A stretch of DNA of 64,000 bases from an uncultured Solirubrobacterales bacterium. Lineage in GTDB: Bacteria; Actinomycetota; Thermoleophilia; Solirubrobacterales; Solirubrobacteraceae. Numbering within the stretch: position 1 is the first letter of the stretch; each line of letters starts with the position of its first letter. The stretch is from positions 122,532 through 186,531 of the forward strand of contig CAVYGK010000015.1 of the NCBI GenBank assembly GCA_963768015.1, given 5' to 3'. This document shows positions 34,624-43,522 of this stretch, one piece after another. Below the pieces are notes generated by a model. It was not told the DNA's origin and searched no databases. It saw only the letters and a list, made by a program, of their open reading frames with translations. The position numbers were made by a program, and so were the translations under genes.

Positions 34624-34713
34624 AACGCCGGCGCTAGAGGACCGGTCGGACGAACGCCGGGGCTAGAGGGCTGGCGTCCAGCGAGCGCCGGGCTAGAGGG
34701 CTGGCGTCAGGCG
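34624..34713. repeat. Degenerate tandem repeat, 3 x ~30 bp (CGCCGG..GCTAGAGG)
   Basis: Units start at 34624, 34653 and 34684 between converging genes. Confidence 0.8.
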
Positions 34714-35141
34714 ACCGCAAGCTCGGGCCGGTGCTCGGTCAGATAGGAGTCGAACTCGTTGACCTTGTGGGTGTCCTCGTAGACCTCGTAGCGCTTGAGC
34801 TTGCCCCACGACATGTGGCCCCAGATCACGTACCGGTTCTCGTACACGAGCTCGCCGCCCGCCCCGCGGAGGAAGTCGTGGCCACGGATGCACAGCGTCG
34901 CGCTCCACGGCCAGCCCTTGGCGACGACCTCGTCCGCGTAGATCTGAATGCCTACGGCGGCGAAGCGGCGGCGCCACTTTTCCACCTCGGTTTTGCCGCG
35001 GAACACCCCCGACCATGAGTTCTGGCCGGGGAAGGTCAGCTCGACGTCGGGGGCGTCGAGTCGGAGCGATGGCCCAACATCGCCCGCGCGCAGGCGCGAC
35101 ATCAGATACGAGACGAGCTTGTCGGCCAGCCACGATTGCAT
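34707..35141 (-). CDS. SnoaL/NTF2-like protein
   Basis: APDVELTFPG..SWSGVFRGK..., YENRY, YEDT. Confidence 0.8.
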   Translation of the reverse strand: MQSWLADKLVSYLMSRLRAGDVGPSLRLDAPDVELTFPGQNSWSGVFRGKTEVEKWRRRFAAVGIQIYADEVVAKGWPWSATLCIRGHDFLRGAGGELVYENRYVIWGHMSWGKLKRYEVYEDTHKVNEFDSYLTEHRPELAVA

Positions 35142-35152
35142 CCGGACCTCCT

Positions 35153-35172
35153 GCTAGATTGATCGCTCTAGC
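35153..35172. promoter_or_regulatory. Probable TetR operator
   Basis: Palindrome GCTAGA-N8-TCTAGC between the divergent SnoaL-like and TetR genes. Confidence 0.6.
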
Positions 35173-35219
35173 GAGAGGGTAACGCGAGACGCGAGAAACG
35201 CAAGGGGAACGAGGAGCAG

Positions 35220-35900
35220 ATGGGCGCGAGGAGCGTGGAGCGGACAGGCGAGCCGGATGCGGAGCGGCCGGGGAAGGAGCATGCGGAGCGGGTCGCCGGG
35301 ACACGCGAACGGATCGTCGAGACGAGCGCCGAGCTGATGCGCCGACAGGGCTACGCGGCGACCGGGATCAAGCAGATCGCGACTGATGCGCGGGCGCCGT
35401 TCGGGTCGCTGTATCACCACTTCCCCGGGGGCAAAGAGGAGCTCGGCGCGGCGGCGATCCGCGTGTCGGGTGCGAGCTACGAGCTGCTGATCCCGGCCGT
35501 GTTTGACCCCGCCCCCGACCTTCCGACGGCCGTGCGGGCGTTCTTCGATGGCGCCGCGGAACACCTGCGGGACACGGACTTCGCCGACGCCTGCCCGATC
35601 GCGACGATCGCGCTCGAGGTGTCGAGCTCCAGCGAGGTCATGCGCGAGGCGTGCGCGGCGGTGTTCGAGCGCTGGCTCGCTGCCGGCATCGAGCGGTTTG
35701 TTGCCGGCGGGCTCAGCGCCGAGCAGGGCCGCGAGCTCGCAGTCGCAATGTTCGCCGCGCTCGAGGGCGCGTTCGTTCTCGCGCGCGCGGCGCGGCACAC
35801 CGAGGCGCTTGCCGTCGCCGGCGAGCTGACAGCGAGCGCGGTGGAGCGGGCGCTCGCTGACCGAGTTGGAGGCCGGCGAGCACCCGCGAGGACCGGCTAA
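35220..35900 (+). CDS. TetR/AcrR family regulator (LmrA/YxaF-like)
   Basis: QGYAATGIKQIA...GSLYHHFPGGKEEL, CPIATIALE, LEGA. Confidence 0.9.
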   Translation: MGARSVERTGEPDAERPGKEHAERVAGTRERIVETSAELMRRQGYAATGIKQIATDARAPFGSLYHHFPGGKEELGAAAIRVSGASYELLIPAVFDPAPDLPTAVRAFFDGAAEHLRDTDFADACPIATIALEVSSSSEVMREACAAVFERWLAAGIERFVAGGLSAEQGRELAVAMFAALEGAFVLARAARHTEALAVAGELTASAVERALADRVGGRRAPARTG

Positions 35901-35904
35901 GCGA

Positions 35905-36340
35905 TCACAGCTTCGTGCACTGTCCGATCTTGAGCCCGCCGACGGTGTTCTTCGTACCGCCCGAGTCGCCGATCTGCGCGGCGGGAACGTTGCCGATGCA
36001 GATCAGGTTGCCCGCGATCGTGTTTGTCACGACCTCGGTGGAGTCCGGCGTGCCCAGGTCACCGATCGTGAGGCCGATGTTGCCGGCCAGGATTACGTTG
36101 CGGTAGGTGGTGTTGCGGATGAAGCCGGACCACGCCTCCGCCGGCCGCCGACGATCACGTTCCCGTGGATCGTGTTGTCCTTGATCGGGAAGTTCACGTA
36201 GGGATCAACTGTCAGGCCGGGCCCGCCTCCGGTCGAGATGATGTTGCCCCAGACCGTGTCGCCGTCGCGGTACATCGTCTACGCGTTGGTGGCGATGATG
36301 TTGCCGCCGACTGCGTCGTCGGTGGTGATCCCGTCGCACA
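35905..36340 (-). pseudogene. C-terminal fragment of a secreted beta-helix-like protein
   Basis: Frameshifted pieces NFPIKDNTIHGNV...GFIRN...DSTEVVTNTIAGNLICIGN...GQCTKL*. Confidence 0.55.
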
Positions 36341-36419
36341 GGGTCCGACACGAGAGTGCCGATGAGAGCTGGAGAAACCCCACAGCGGGCCTGGACGGCC
36401 AAATCGCGATCTCGGACGC

Positions 36420-36590
36420 CTAGGTCTCTGCCGTCGAGCATGTACACGAGCCGCCCCGGCGTCCACTGCACGCCCTGCGTGTGCCACCGGGTCATGTTGA
36501 CGGCGACCCACCTCTCTACCTGCGCGTTGTTCGCCCCGTAGTGGAGCGTCGCGTAGTCGGTCTGCCGGCTGGAGTCATTGTTCTCGAGCT
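36420..36590 (-). pseudogene. GH16 internal fragment, paralogue of 38966..39937
   Basis: RQTDYATLHYGANN...WHTQGVQWTPGRLVYMLDG vs RQTNYATLHYGPNN...WNTLGVQWTKGKLVYTLDG. Confidence 0.8.
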
Positions 36591-36753
36591 TGACGAGACG
36601 CTGTTCGTTGGGCACCGGAGCGATATCGGGAGAGGCAGCGCCTACGGTCTGATCTCCGCCGTCGCCTCGTTCGCGAACACCATCGGCGGATGGCTCCTGC
36701 TCGGAGTCGACCACGGACGGCCGAGCGGCGCAGCCGCGGTGGTCGAGCAATAG
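36590..36753 (+). pseudogene. AlbA_2/Schlafen-like domain fragment
   Basis: DETLFVGHRSD...AVASFANTIGGWLLLGVD matches the AFAN..GG.L..GV.D motif. Confidence 0.65.
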
Positions 36754-38045
36754 GTCGCCGTGAAGCTAGACGAGGCACTTTCGCCGGTTGCGGGCCGTCG
36801 CTTCCCCCACGCCTGAGCAGCGCCGGCCGGGGGAAGCCGGTGCTCTGGCGGCCTGGACACTTCAGCGAAGTCCCCGGCCGGTTCGGCGGCGGTCAGCTCA
36901 CTATATAGGTGCCGAGCCACACGCCGTGCGTCGCGGCCGATGACGCCCATGCACGGCGCGTAGCCGAGAAAGCGCAGGCCCGGCCGCACGGGGATTCCGC
37001 GGTACTGGAAGGGGAGGCCGGCTTCGTCGAGCACGCCGAGATGACCCACGAGGGGCTCCAGACCGGTGGTGTACCCGGTAGCCGCGATGAGCGCATCCGG
37101 CCGGAGAGTGGTCCCGTCCGTGAGCCGCACGCCGCCGGCGTTCACGGCGCACACTCCCGGTACGATCTCGAAGTCGCCGGCCCTAATCGCCGCGATGACG
37201 TCCCGGCCCACGATCGTCGGGGCGGTTCCTTCGTGCAGCCGGGTGAAGATGCCCACGTCGGGGACTGTCAGCCCCCAATGGCTGAGCTCACCGACGGTCA
37301 GCCGCTGCACAAGCCGCCCGGCGGGATCCGCGATCCGGGTCGGCAGCCGAAATAGGGCCGCCGCAAGCAGGTCGGTGGGCAGTCCCCAGGACATTTTTAG
37401 GAGCAGGTTGGGCTGCGTCCGCACCGCGAGCCGGACCCGGCGCGCCCCGCCCTGCGCCAGGTCCCGAGCGATGTCCAGACCTGAGCAGCCGCCGCCGACG
37501 ACCAGAACGTCGCGATCCCGGAACTCCTCCGGGGTGCGATATTCGAGGGAGTGGAGGATTTCCCCGGGAAACTGGTCCCGCCCGGGCCATGCCGGCATCC
37601 AGGGCGTGTGCTGGTGCCCGATCGCGACGATGATATGCCGCGCCGTCAGTGGTTCTGCGTTAGTGGACAGCAGCCAGCCGTCCGGGCACGGATCGATGCG
37701 GTCGACCTGAAGGCCGAACCGCACCTTCAGGTCGTGCCGCGCGGCGAAGGACTCCAGGTAGCGGACCGCGTGGTCACGCAGCGGGAAGAACGGGACGCCC
37801 GCCCCGAAGCGGTCCTCGGGCCTGAGCTTCGAGTTCCAGCGGCACGTGTTTAGCCGCAGCCCGTCGTATCGCGCCCGCCAGGAGGGCGCGACCACATCGC
37901 TCCGCTCGATGACTTGCGCGGGCACGCCGAGCCTTCGAAGCTCGGCGGCGGCCGCCAGACCGGCCGGACCGGCGCCGATGATCAGGACCGGCTCGGCCGT
38001 CTTGGTGTGATGCTTCTCTCGCTCCCAAGTTGCTCGGGCGTCCAT
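36642..38045 (-). CDS. Flavin-containing monooxygenase (CzcO/YUCCA-like); true 3' end uncertain
   Basis: IIGAGPAG, WRARYDGLRL, FPGEILHSLEY, VVGGGCSG, AATGY. Confidence 0.88.
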   Translation of the reverse strand: MDARATWEREKHHTKTAEPVLIIGAGPAGLAAAAELRRLGVPAQVIERSDVVAPSWRARYDGLRLNTCRWNSKLRPEDRFGAGVPFFPLRDHAVRYLESFAARHDLKVRFGLQVDRIDPCPDGWLLSTNAEPLTARHIIVAIGHQHTPWMPAWPGRDQFPGEILHSLEYRTPEEFRDRDVLVVGGGCSGLDIARDLAQGGARRVRLAVRTQPNLLLKMSWGLPTDLLAAALFRLPTRIADPAGRLVQRLTVGELSHWGLTVPDVGIFTRLHEGTAPTIVGRDVIAAIRAGDFEIVPGVCAVNAGGVRLTDGTTLRPDALIAATGYTTGLEPLVGHLGVLDEAGLPFQYRGIPVRPGLRFLGYAPCMGVIGRDARRVARHLYSELTAAEPAGDFAEVSRPPEHRLPPAGAAQAWGKRRPATGESASSSFTATYCSTTAAAPLGRPWSTPSRSHPPMVFANEATAEIRP

Positions 38046-38219
38046 AAACACGCTATCGGCATGTCCGCCAGGCACCATAAGTCTTCTTTCACGAGCGCGA
38101 GAACGCTCGGTCCGACACGCGACACCCGAAGGCACAATGGCGGCCGCCGCGCCAAACACGCTTCGACGGCGCGATCCAGGGCTCCAGCCATCGGTATTGG
38201 TTGCCGATGATTGACCTCG

Positions 38220-38948
38220 ATGGGTCACGGACGAACCTCACTTCAGCGCCAGGGCGCGTGGCAAGCGAGACTACTGACGCTCTCGCCCGCCGCGCTGGCG
38301 CTCGCGTCAGTTCTCCTGGCAGCTGCCGACTGGGCCTACACGATGGCCGGCGACAGCTTCTTCCCGGGTGGCCCGCTCGACGAGATCGCGCACTTCTTCA
38401 CGACGCTGCTCGTGCTCTGGGCGCTGGGTCCACGCGTCTGCAAGCGCTTTCTGGTCCCGGCCCTGATCGCATCGGTGGCGATCGACGCCGATCATATCCC
38501 CGGCCAACTCGGCATCAACTGGCTGACCGCCGGGACTCCGCGTCCCTACACCCACTCACTGCTCACGATCGCGGTCGTGCTCGTGATCGCCGCGCTCTGG
38601 CGCCGGCGCCGCGACCTCGCCCTCGGGGTCGCGATTGGCCTCGCGATCCACTTCTGGCGCGACATGGCCGAGGGCGGCAGCGGGGTCTCGCTGCTGTGGC
38701 CGGTTTCGTATCACTCGTTTCAGTACCCTCATGGCGTCTATGTCGCTGTAATGGCGGCGTTCGTGCTGATCGACGCGGCACTGTGCGCGCAGCGCATCAG
38801 AGCGACTGATCGCCCCGGCAGCTGGTGGCGGCCCGCGCCGCAGTCAGAGGCTTTGTACGAACTCGCGAAAGGCCCTGACAGGCGGGATTGCTCCGGCACG
38901 AAAGTGGCGATCAACATCCAGCGGCCGATACCGGGTGGGGATCACTGA
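38220..38948 (+). CDS. YdjM-like membrane metal-dependent hydrolase
   Basis: DEIAH, IDADH, RPYTHSL, HFWRD, LLWP. Confidence 0.8.
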   Translation: MGHGRTSLQRQGAWQARLLTLSPAALALASVLLAAADWAYTMAGDSFFPGGPLDEIAHFFTTLLVLWALGPRVCKRFLVPALIASVAIDADHIPGQLGINWLTAGTPRPYTHSLLTIAVVLVIAALWRRRRDLALGVAIGLAIHFWRDMAEGGSGVSLLWPVSYHSFQYPHGVYVAVMAAFVLIDAALCAQRIRATDRPGSWWRPAPQSEALYELAKGPDRRDCSGTKVAINIQRPIPGGDH

Positions 38949-38965
38949 CACTTCATTCCGGCAAG

Positions 38966-39937
38966 CTAGGACGGTGCGTACGCTACGACCCATGCGACGT
39001 CCAGGTTGACGCGCGATGGCGTGCCGGCGTTTGGGCACTGCTCCCAGGTAGAGGTACCGCACGCCCAACCTTGCGTCTGGATGTCGAGCACCATCGGGAT
39101 CGAGGGCACATTCGCGTTGGTGACCGTCGCCCAGTCGCTGCCGTCGAGTGTGTACACCAGCTTGCCTTTGGTCCACTGCACGCCGAGCGTATTCCATTTA
39201 GTCAGGTTGACGGCGACGCTCTTGGGCACCTGCGTGTTGTTTGGACCGTAGTGTAGGGTCGCGTAGTTGGTCTGGCGGTTACCCCCGTTGTCCTCGGCGA
39301 AGTCTATCTCGGGGGGCCAGGTGTTGTTCTGCGGCCAGAGCAGGACCGCAAGGGCGATTCCCTGACCGGCGTCCATCCGGAAGCGCACCAGATATTTGCC
39401 GTAGATCTGCGCGAACGACGGCGATGAGCTGATCCCGCCGGTCACGTACGTGCTCGGACCGGCATCCCATGCGTCGTCGGCTGGATCCTGATACGCCGAG
39501 ATCACGAGCTCGCCGTCGGAAACGCTGACGTGGGTCGGGTCGAAGAACCCGCCCGGGTCGCCACCAGGTCGCCCCCAGTACGGCGCCCACTGCGAGTCGA
39601 GGCTGCTGCCCGTGAAGTCGTCGGAGAACACCTCGTGCCAGCCAGGTCGATTACGGGTCGGCATCGGCCCAGCCGAAGAATCGGGCGCCGAAGCCCGGCC
39701 AGTGCTCAGGATGTGCGACCGTCTGTGTCGCCGGTGACGCTTGACGCGGTGGTAACGCGCGACCGCGTGGTGACCCCGGACGAGGTTGAAGGCGGGCCGG
39801 GCTGTCGCAGCATGGACCCGCTGCTCCAGAGAATCCCCGCCAACGTAAGCGCTAGCCCGGCCAGCCGGATCTTTCGCCGCCCGTGCATAAGCTCGGAATC
39901 GGCGCGAGAGTATGTCCCTCCCCTGCGTCGGCCGCAA
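38966..39937 (-). CDS. Glycoside hydrolase family 16
   Basis: VFSDDF, YGKYLVRFR, LLWP, catalytic EIDFAE; start uncertain. Confidence 0.88.
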   Translation of the reverse strand: MRPTQGRDILSRRFRAYARAAKDPAGRASAYVGGDSLEQRVHAATARPAFNLVRGHHAVARYHRVKRHRRHRRSHILSTGRASAPDSSAGPMPTRNRPGWHEVFSDDFTGSSLDSQWAPYWGRPGGDPGGFFDPTHVSVSDGELVISAYQDPADDAWDAGPSTYVTGGISSSPSFAQIYGKYLVRFRMDAGQGIALAVLLWPQNNTWPPEIDFAEDNGGNRQTNYATLHYGPNNTQVPKSVAVNLTKWNTLGVQWTKGKLVYTLDGSDWATVTNANVPSIPMVLDIQTQGWACGTSTWEQCPNAGTPSRVNLDVAWVVAYAPS

Positions 39938-40309
39938 CCCTGCATGATTTCGGTCGGTTTTCCGGCTTGCGCGTTGCAGGAATTGAGACCCATGCCGGAC
40001 GCCACGGCTGACGATTCGTGCTGGGCGGCTTCGTCTCGCTCAGCGAGCCGCCGAGCGGCGGGGCGGGGTCGGGGATGAGACGGGCCGCCGGCACTGTCGT
40101 GGTCGCATGCCACACCGAGGAGCGCTGCGAGCACCCGCTCGAAGCGATCGATCCGCCCGGCAGCAGGCGAATGGTCGCCGTGTACTCGCCGATCGCCAAT
40201 AGCGCCGTCCTGCGGCCGCCCTACATCGTCGCCGCGATCGCTGGCAAGCTGGTCGCGGTTCCGGGCAGCCGGCGGGCGATCTCGGCGTTTATCGCCCGGC
40301 TCAGGCACC

Positions 40310-40420
40310 TTGGCCGCGGGAGACTCGCTGATCCCCCGCGGGCCGTTCGACGAGTTCGCCCATTTTGCACACCACGTTGCTTGGGTTCGGGACACCGACT
40401 CGCTGCTGACGATCGCCTGC
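40310..40420 (+). pseudogene. Internally deleted relic of the YdjM-like gene
   Basis: AGDSLIPRGPFDEFAHF...DSLLTIA vs AGDSFFPGGPLDEIAHF...HSLLTIA. Confidence 0.65.
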
Positions 40421-40575
40421 GCGGGCGGCCGTCGCGCGCGCCGCAGTTTGAGACTCTGTAGGAACCATGTGAAGAAGCTGCGCGGGGCTATTCTCCGGGC
40501 CGAAAGTGCCGATGAATATGCTGAGCCGGCCTACTACGCTCGGCAGCGTTGGGTGGACGCCGGGTCCTAACAATC

Positions 40576-41454
40576 ATGTTCTCCAGAACCCGATATACGA
40601 AGCGGATCGGACCGCTCGGTTGCGCCGTGTTGATCTCGGGGCTAGCGCTTGGACTGTGCGGATGTGGCGCCTCAGCGGCGCAGACAGGAGCGCACACACA
40701 TCGCTTCACGGTGCAGTCCGCAGCGGTGGGTCGACAGCGAGCCGGTACGGGAACACGCGTGCCGATGCCGGTCGGCAACATCCCCGGGTGGCGACAAGTC
40801 TTCACCGATGACTTCAACGGAAGCAAAATCGATCGCTCCAAGTGGTATGTCTACTCGGGCAGGCCGGGTGGAGATCCAGCTGGACGGTTCGACCCAGACC
40901 ATGTCACCGTTTCGCACGGGATGCTCGTGATCAGCGCCTACCGCGACCGAGCCAACAGAGGGCAATGGGCAACGGGCGGCGTGTCGAGCGGTCGTGGACT
41001 TGTTCAAACCTACGGCAAATACCTCGTTCGATTCCGCCTCGATCGAGGTGTTGGCGTGACCCACGTTCTACTGCTCTGGCCTGCCAACAATTCTTGGCCG
41101 CCGGAGATCGACTTTAGCGAGGGCAACGGCGGCGGGACGACCGGCATGTTCGCAACGGTTCACTACGGCAAGCAGAACTGGCAGCAGCTCAGCTCGCTGC
41201 CGCATGTGAACCTCGCCCAGTGGCACACGCTCGGTGTGCAATGGACTCCCGGAAAGCTTCAGTACACCATCGACGGTCGAATCTGGAGCACGGTCGAGGG
41301 CAGTTTCGTGCCAGCCATGCCGATGGTGCTCGACATGGAGACCCAGACTTGGCCTTGCAACAGCTGGGCGGTCTATCCCAAATCGAGCACGCCTTCCGTG
41401 GTGCGAATGTACGTGGACTGGGTGGTCGCTTACGCTCCGGCGAGCCGTCGCTAG
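40576..41454 (+). CDS. Glycoside hydrolase family 16 lipoprotein
   Basis: Lipobox LCGC, VFTDDF, catalytic EIDFSE, MYVDWV. Confidence 0.88.
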   Translation: MFSRTRYTKRIGPLGCAVLISGLALGLCGCGASAAQTGAHTHRFTVQSAAVGRQRAGTGTRVPMPVGNIPGWRQVFTDDFNGSKIDRSKWYVYSGRPGGDPAGRFDPDHVTVSHGMLVISAYRDRANRGQWATGGVSSGRGLVQTYGKYLVRFRLDRGVGVTHVLLLWPANNSWPPEIDFSEGNGGGTTGMFATVHYGKQNWQQLSSLPHVNLAQWHTLGVQWTPGKLQYTIDGRIWSTVEGSFVPAMPMVLDMETQTWPCNSWAVYPKSSTPSVVRMYVDWVVAYAPASRR

Positions 41455-41670
41455 CCGCACCCCAGGCGTGTGGCCGGTGATCGCCATCCTGCGGTGTGTA
41501 TAGGCACGACGCGCTCGAGCTCCAGGTCACACGCGGTTGCGTGCTGACGATTTGTCGCGTGAGAGCTCTAGAGCAGGACTCACACCTCCGATCTCAACCG
41601 CTATGAGGCGTACGCCAACGCCTCGCGCTACGCCCTCGGCTCCGCGCCGACGGTCGCGGTTTCGGACCCC

Positions 41671-41895
41671 TACGGTCTTGCAGCGCGTCGGCGGATTCAA
41701 GGACGGGATCGGGCGCGTCGGCCGCACGCCACTGGGTTGTGAGGAGACCGAGCTCTCGATCCGCGCCCGCGCCGCTACCGGCGGTCGCATCGTGCAAATG
41801 CCCGACGCGAAGGTCGAGCATCGCGTGAGCGCAGACCGCACGCGCTGGCTGTACTTCCGCCGGCGTTGCTGGGCGGAGGGACTCTCGAAAGCGGT
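41671..41895 (+). repeat. 225-bp inverted copy of a GT2 segment (partner 53422..53646)
   Basis: About 5 mismatches by eye; both encode RVGGFKDGIGRVGRTPLGCEETELSIR...WAEGLSKAV. Confidence 0.92.
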
Positions 41896-41969
41896 TGCGA
41901 AAATCGGCCTGAACGTGCTGCTCGTGCCGAGGCTGGGGATCGCTGCCGCGGGCCTCGCAACGCCGCGCG

Positions 41970-42345
41970 TGTCGAGCCGTCGAGAAGTGACCCCTTAGCG
42001 CCGGTCGAGAATTGACCCCCTCTCGGGGGCTACGCCAGAGCGCCCGTCGTCGCGAAGGCCGAGCTCCGAGGGGCAAAGTCTGAGCGGCGATGGGCGCGTT
42101 AAGCGCGTCGGCCGGGGGTGGCGGCCGGGATCGGTGCGTTGTGAGGCGTTCTGAGGCCCTCGGCGAGGTAGTCGAGGGGTATCGGTCAGGCGATTTCGGC
42201 GCTTTGGCGGCCGGGGCGGGGGCCGAGGTCGCGGTCCTTGAGGCGGTAGCTCTCGCCGTTGAGCGATCCGCTCCAGGCGGTGCAGCTCGTCGTCGAGGCG
42301 GCCTTGGGGTTGCGCGTCGGCCAGGAAGGCGACCCACTCGGGTAC
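41970..42345 (-). mobile_element. IS21-family remnant (right end plus deleted istB)
   Basis: Terminal TGT with repeated GTCGAGAA(G/T)TGACCCC at 41979 and 42004; IstB pieces EWVAFLADAQ..GRLDDELHRL and SLNGESYRLKDRDLG. Confidence 0.8.
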
Positions 42346-42563
42346 CGCTGACCGCGAAGATCCTCGCTGCGGTGGCGATCAGCGTGGGCTGCACGCAGCT
42401 GCCGGCCAGCCCGATGATGACGGCAGTCAGGGCGCTGCTCGCGCTCGGATGCGCGTTCGCCTTCGTCGCGGTGCTCACAAACATCCTGAGGCCGACACGC
42501 CGCGAACTGGCAGGTCGGCTTGCCCGCATTCTTCATTCGCCCGGCCTCGCTGTGGTGGACTGA
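42345..42563 (+). pseudogene. Flippase C-terminal relic (a further piece at 41900-41962)
   Basis: KILAAVAI..CTQLP...AGRLARILH and IGLNVLLVPRLGIAAAGLAT parallel the 48473..50038 protein. Confidence 0.8.
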
Positions 42564-42580
42564 TGGCCCCGGGTTCGACG

Positions 42581-43520
42581 ATGACTCGCGCTGATACACG
42601 GACGACCGAGGGGTACCTGCCGCTCGCGGCGTTCGCGCCTAGAGCGAACCGCGATCGGGGTCATCGACGACTCGCCGCCGAGGCTCGTCCACGCTGCCGG
42701 GTCATCCGTCACGCGCACGTACCGCGACGCCCTGGCGCTCGTTTCGCCTGCACGGTGTGCCATTCGGCGTGATCCACCTGGATTGCCCGCCCCCAGTCGA
42801 CCGAGCGAGCGTGTCGCTGAGGCGATCTGGGCTCAGATCGGGCCGGCGATCGCCCAGCACGTGACGAGCCACCGCTGCGCCTGCGTCCCGGGGGTCCGGC
42901 AACCGTGCTCGGGGGGCTCGCCGCGGTAGGGGCTGGCTGCGCGGCCGGCATCACCGAACAGGAAAGGCCTCTCCGTCGCCTGCGACCGTGGCGTCGCGGA
43001 AGCCATGAGCGGGCGGTACGTGGCGTTCACCGACGACGCGGTCGTCAACGCAGGCTCGCTGCGTTGGCTTCTGGCCCCGCTCGCGGACGAGTCGGTCACG
43101 GCGACTACCGGGATGGTCCTGCCACTCGCGATGGAGACGACCGCTCAAAAGCGGTTCGAGCAGTACGCCGACTTTTCCAAAGGGACGCACCAGCGCTGCT
43201 ACGACTGCGGTGCCGAGCTCACCGTCGATCGGCTCCTATATCCCGATCGGGGCGGCATGTTCGGCTCCGGCAACAGCATGCTTTCCGACGAAGCGCTCTT
43301 GACCAGGCCGGTGGCTTCGATCCCGCCCCCATCCGCCGGCGGTGAGGACATCGCGGCCTTCAGTGAAGCGATCCTGCGCGGCGGCCGCGTCGTCTACGAG
43401 CCCCGCTCGCTGTGCCGGCAGGAGCACCGTCCCGATGAGGAAGCGCTTCGCAACCAGCTGTTCAACTTCGGCGCATCAGCCATTCTGCGGTCGAGCGCCT
43501 CTGCTTGGGTCGACGACCGC
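42581..43520 (+). pseudogene. Degenerate GT2, paralogue of 46168..47540
   Basis: MTRAD..EGYLPLAAF, VAFTDD, GMVLPL..ETTAQKRFEQY, GGEDIAAFSEAILRGGR; multiple deletions and frameshifts. Confidence 0.85.
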
Positions 43521-43522
43521 GA

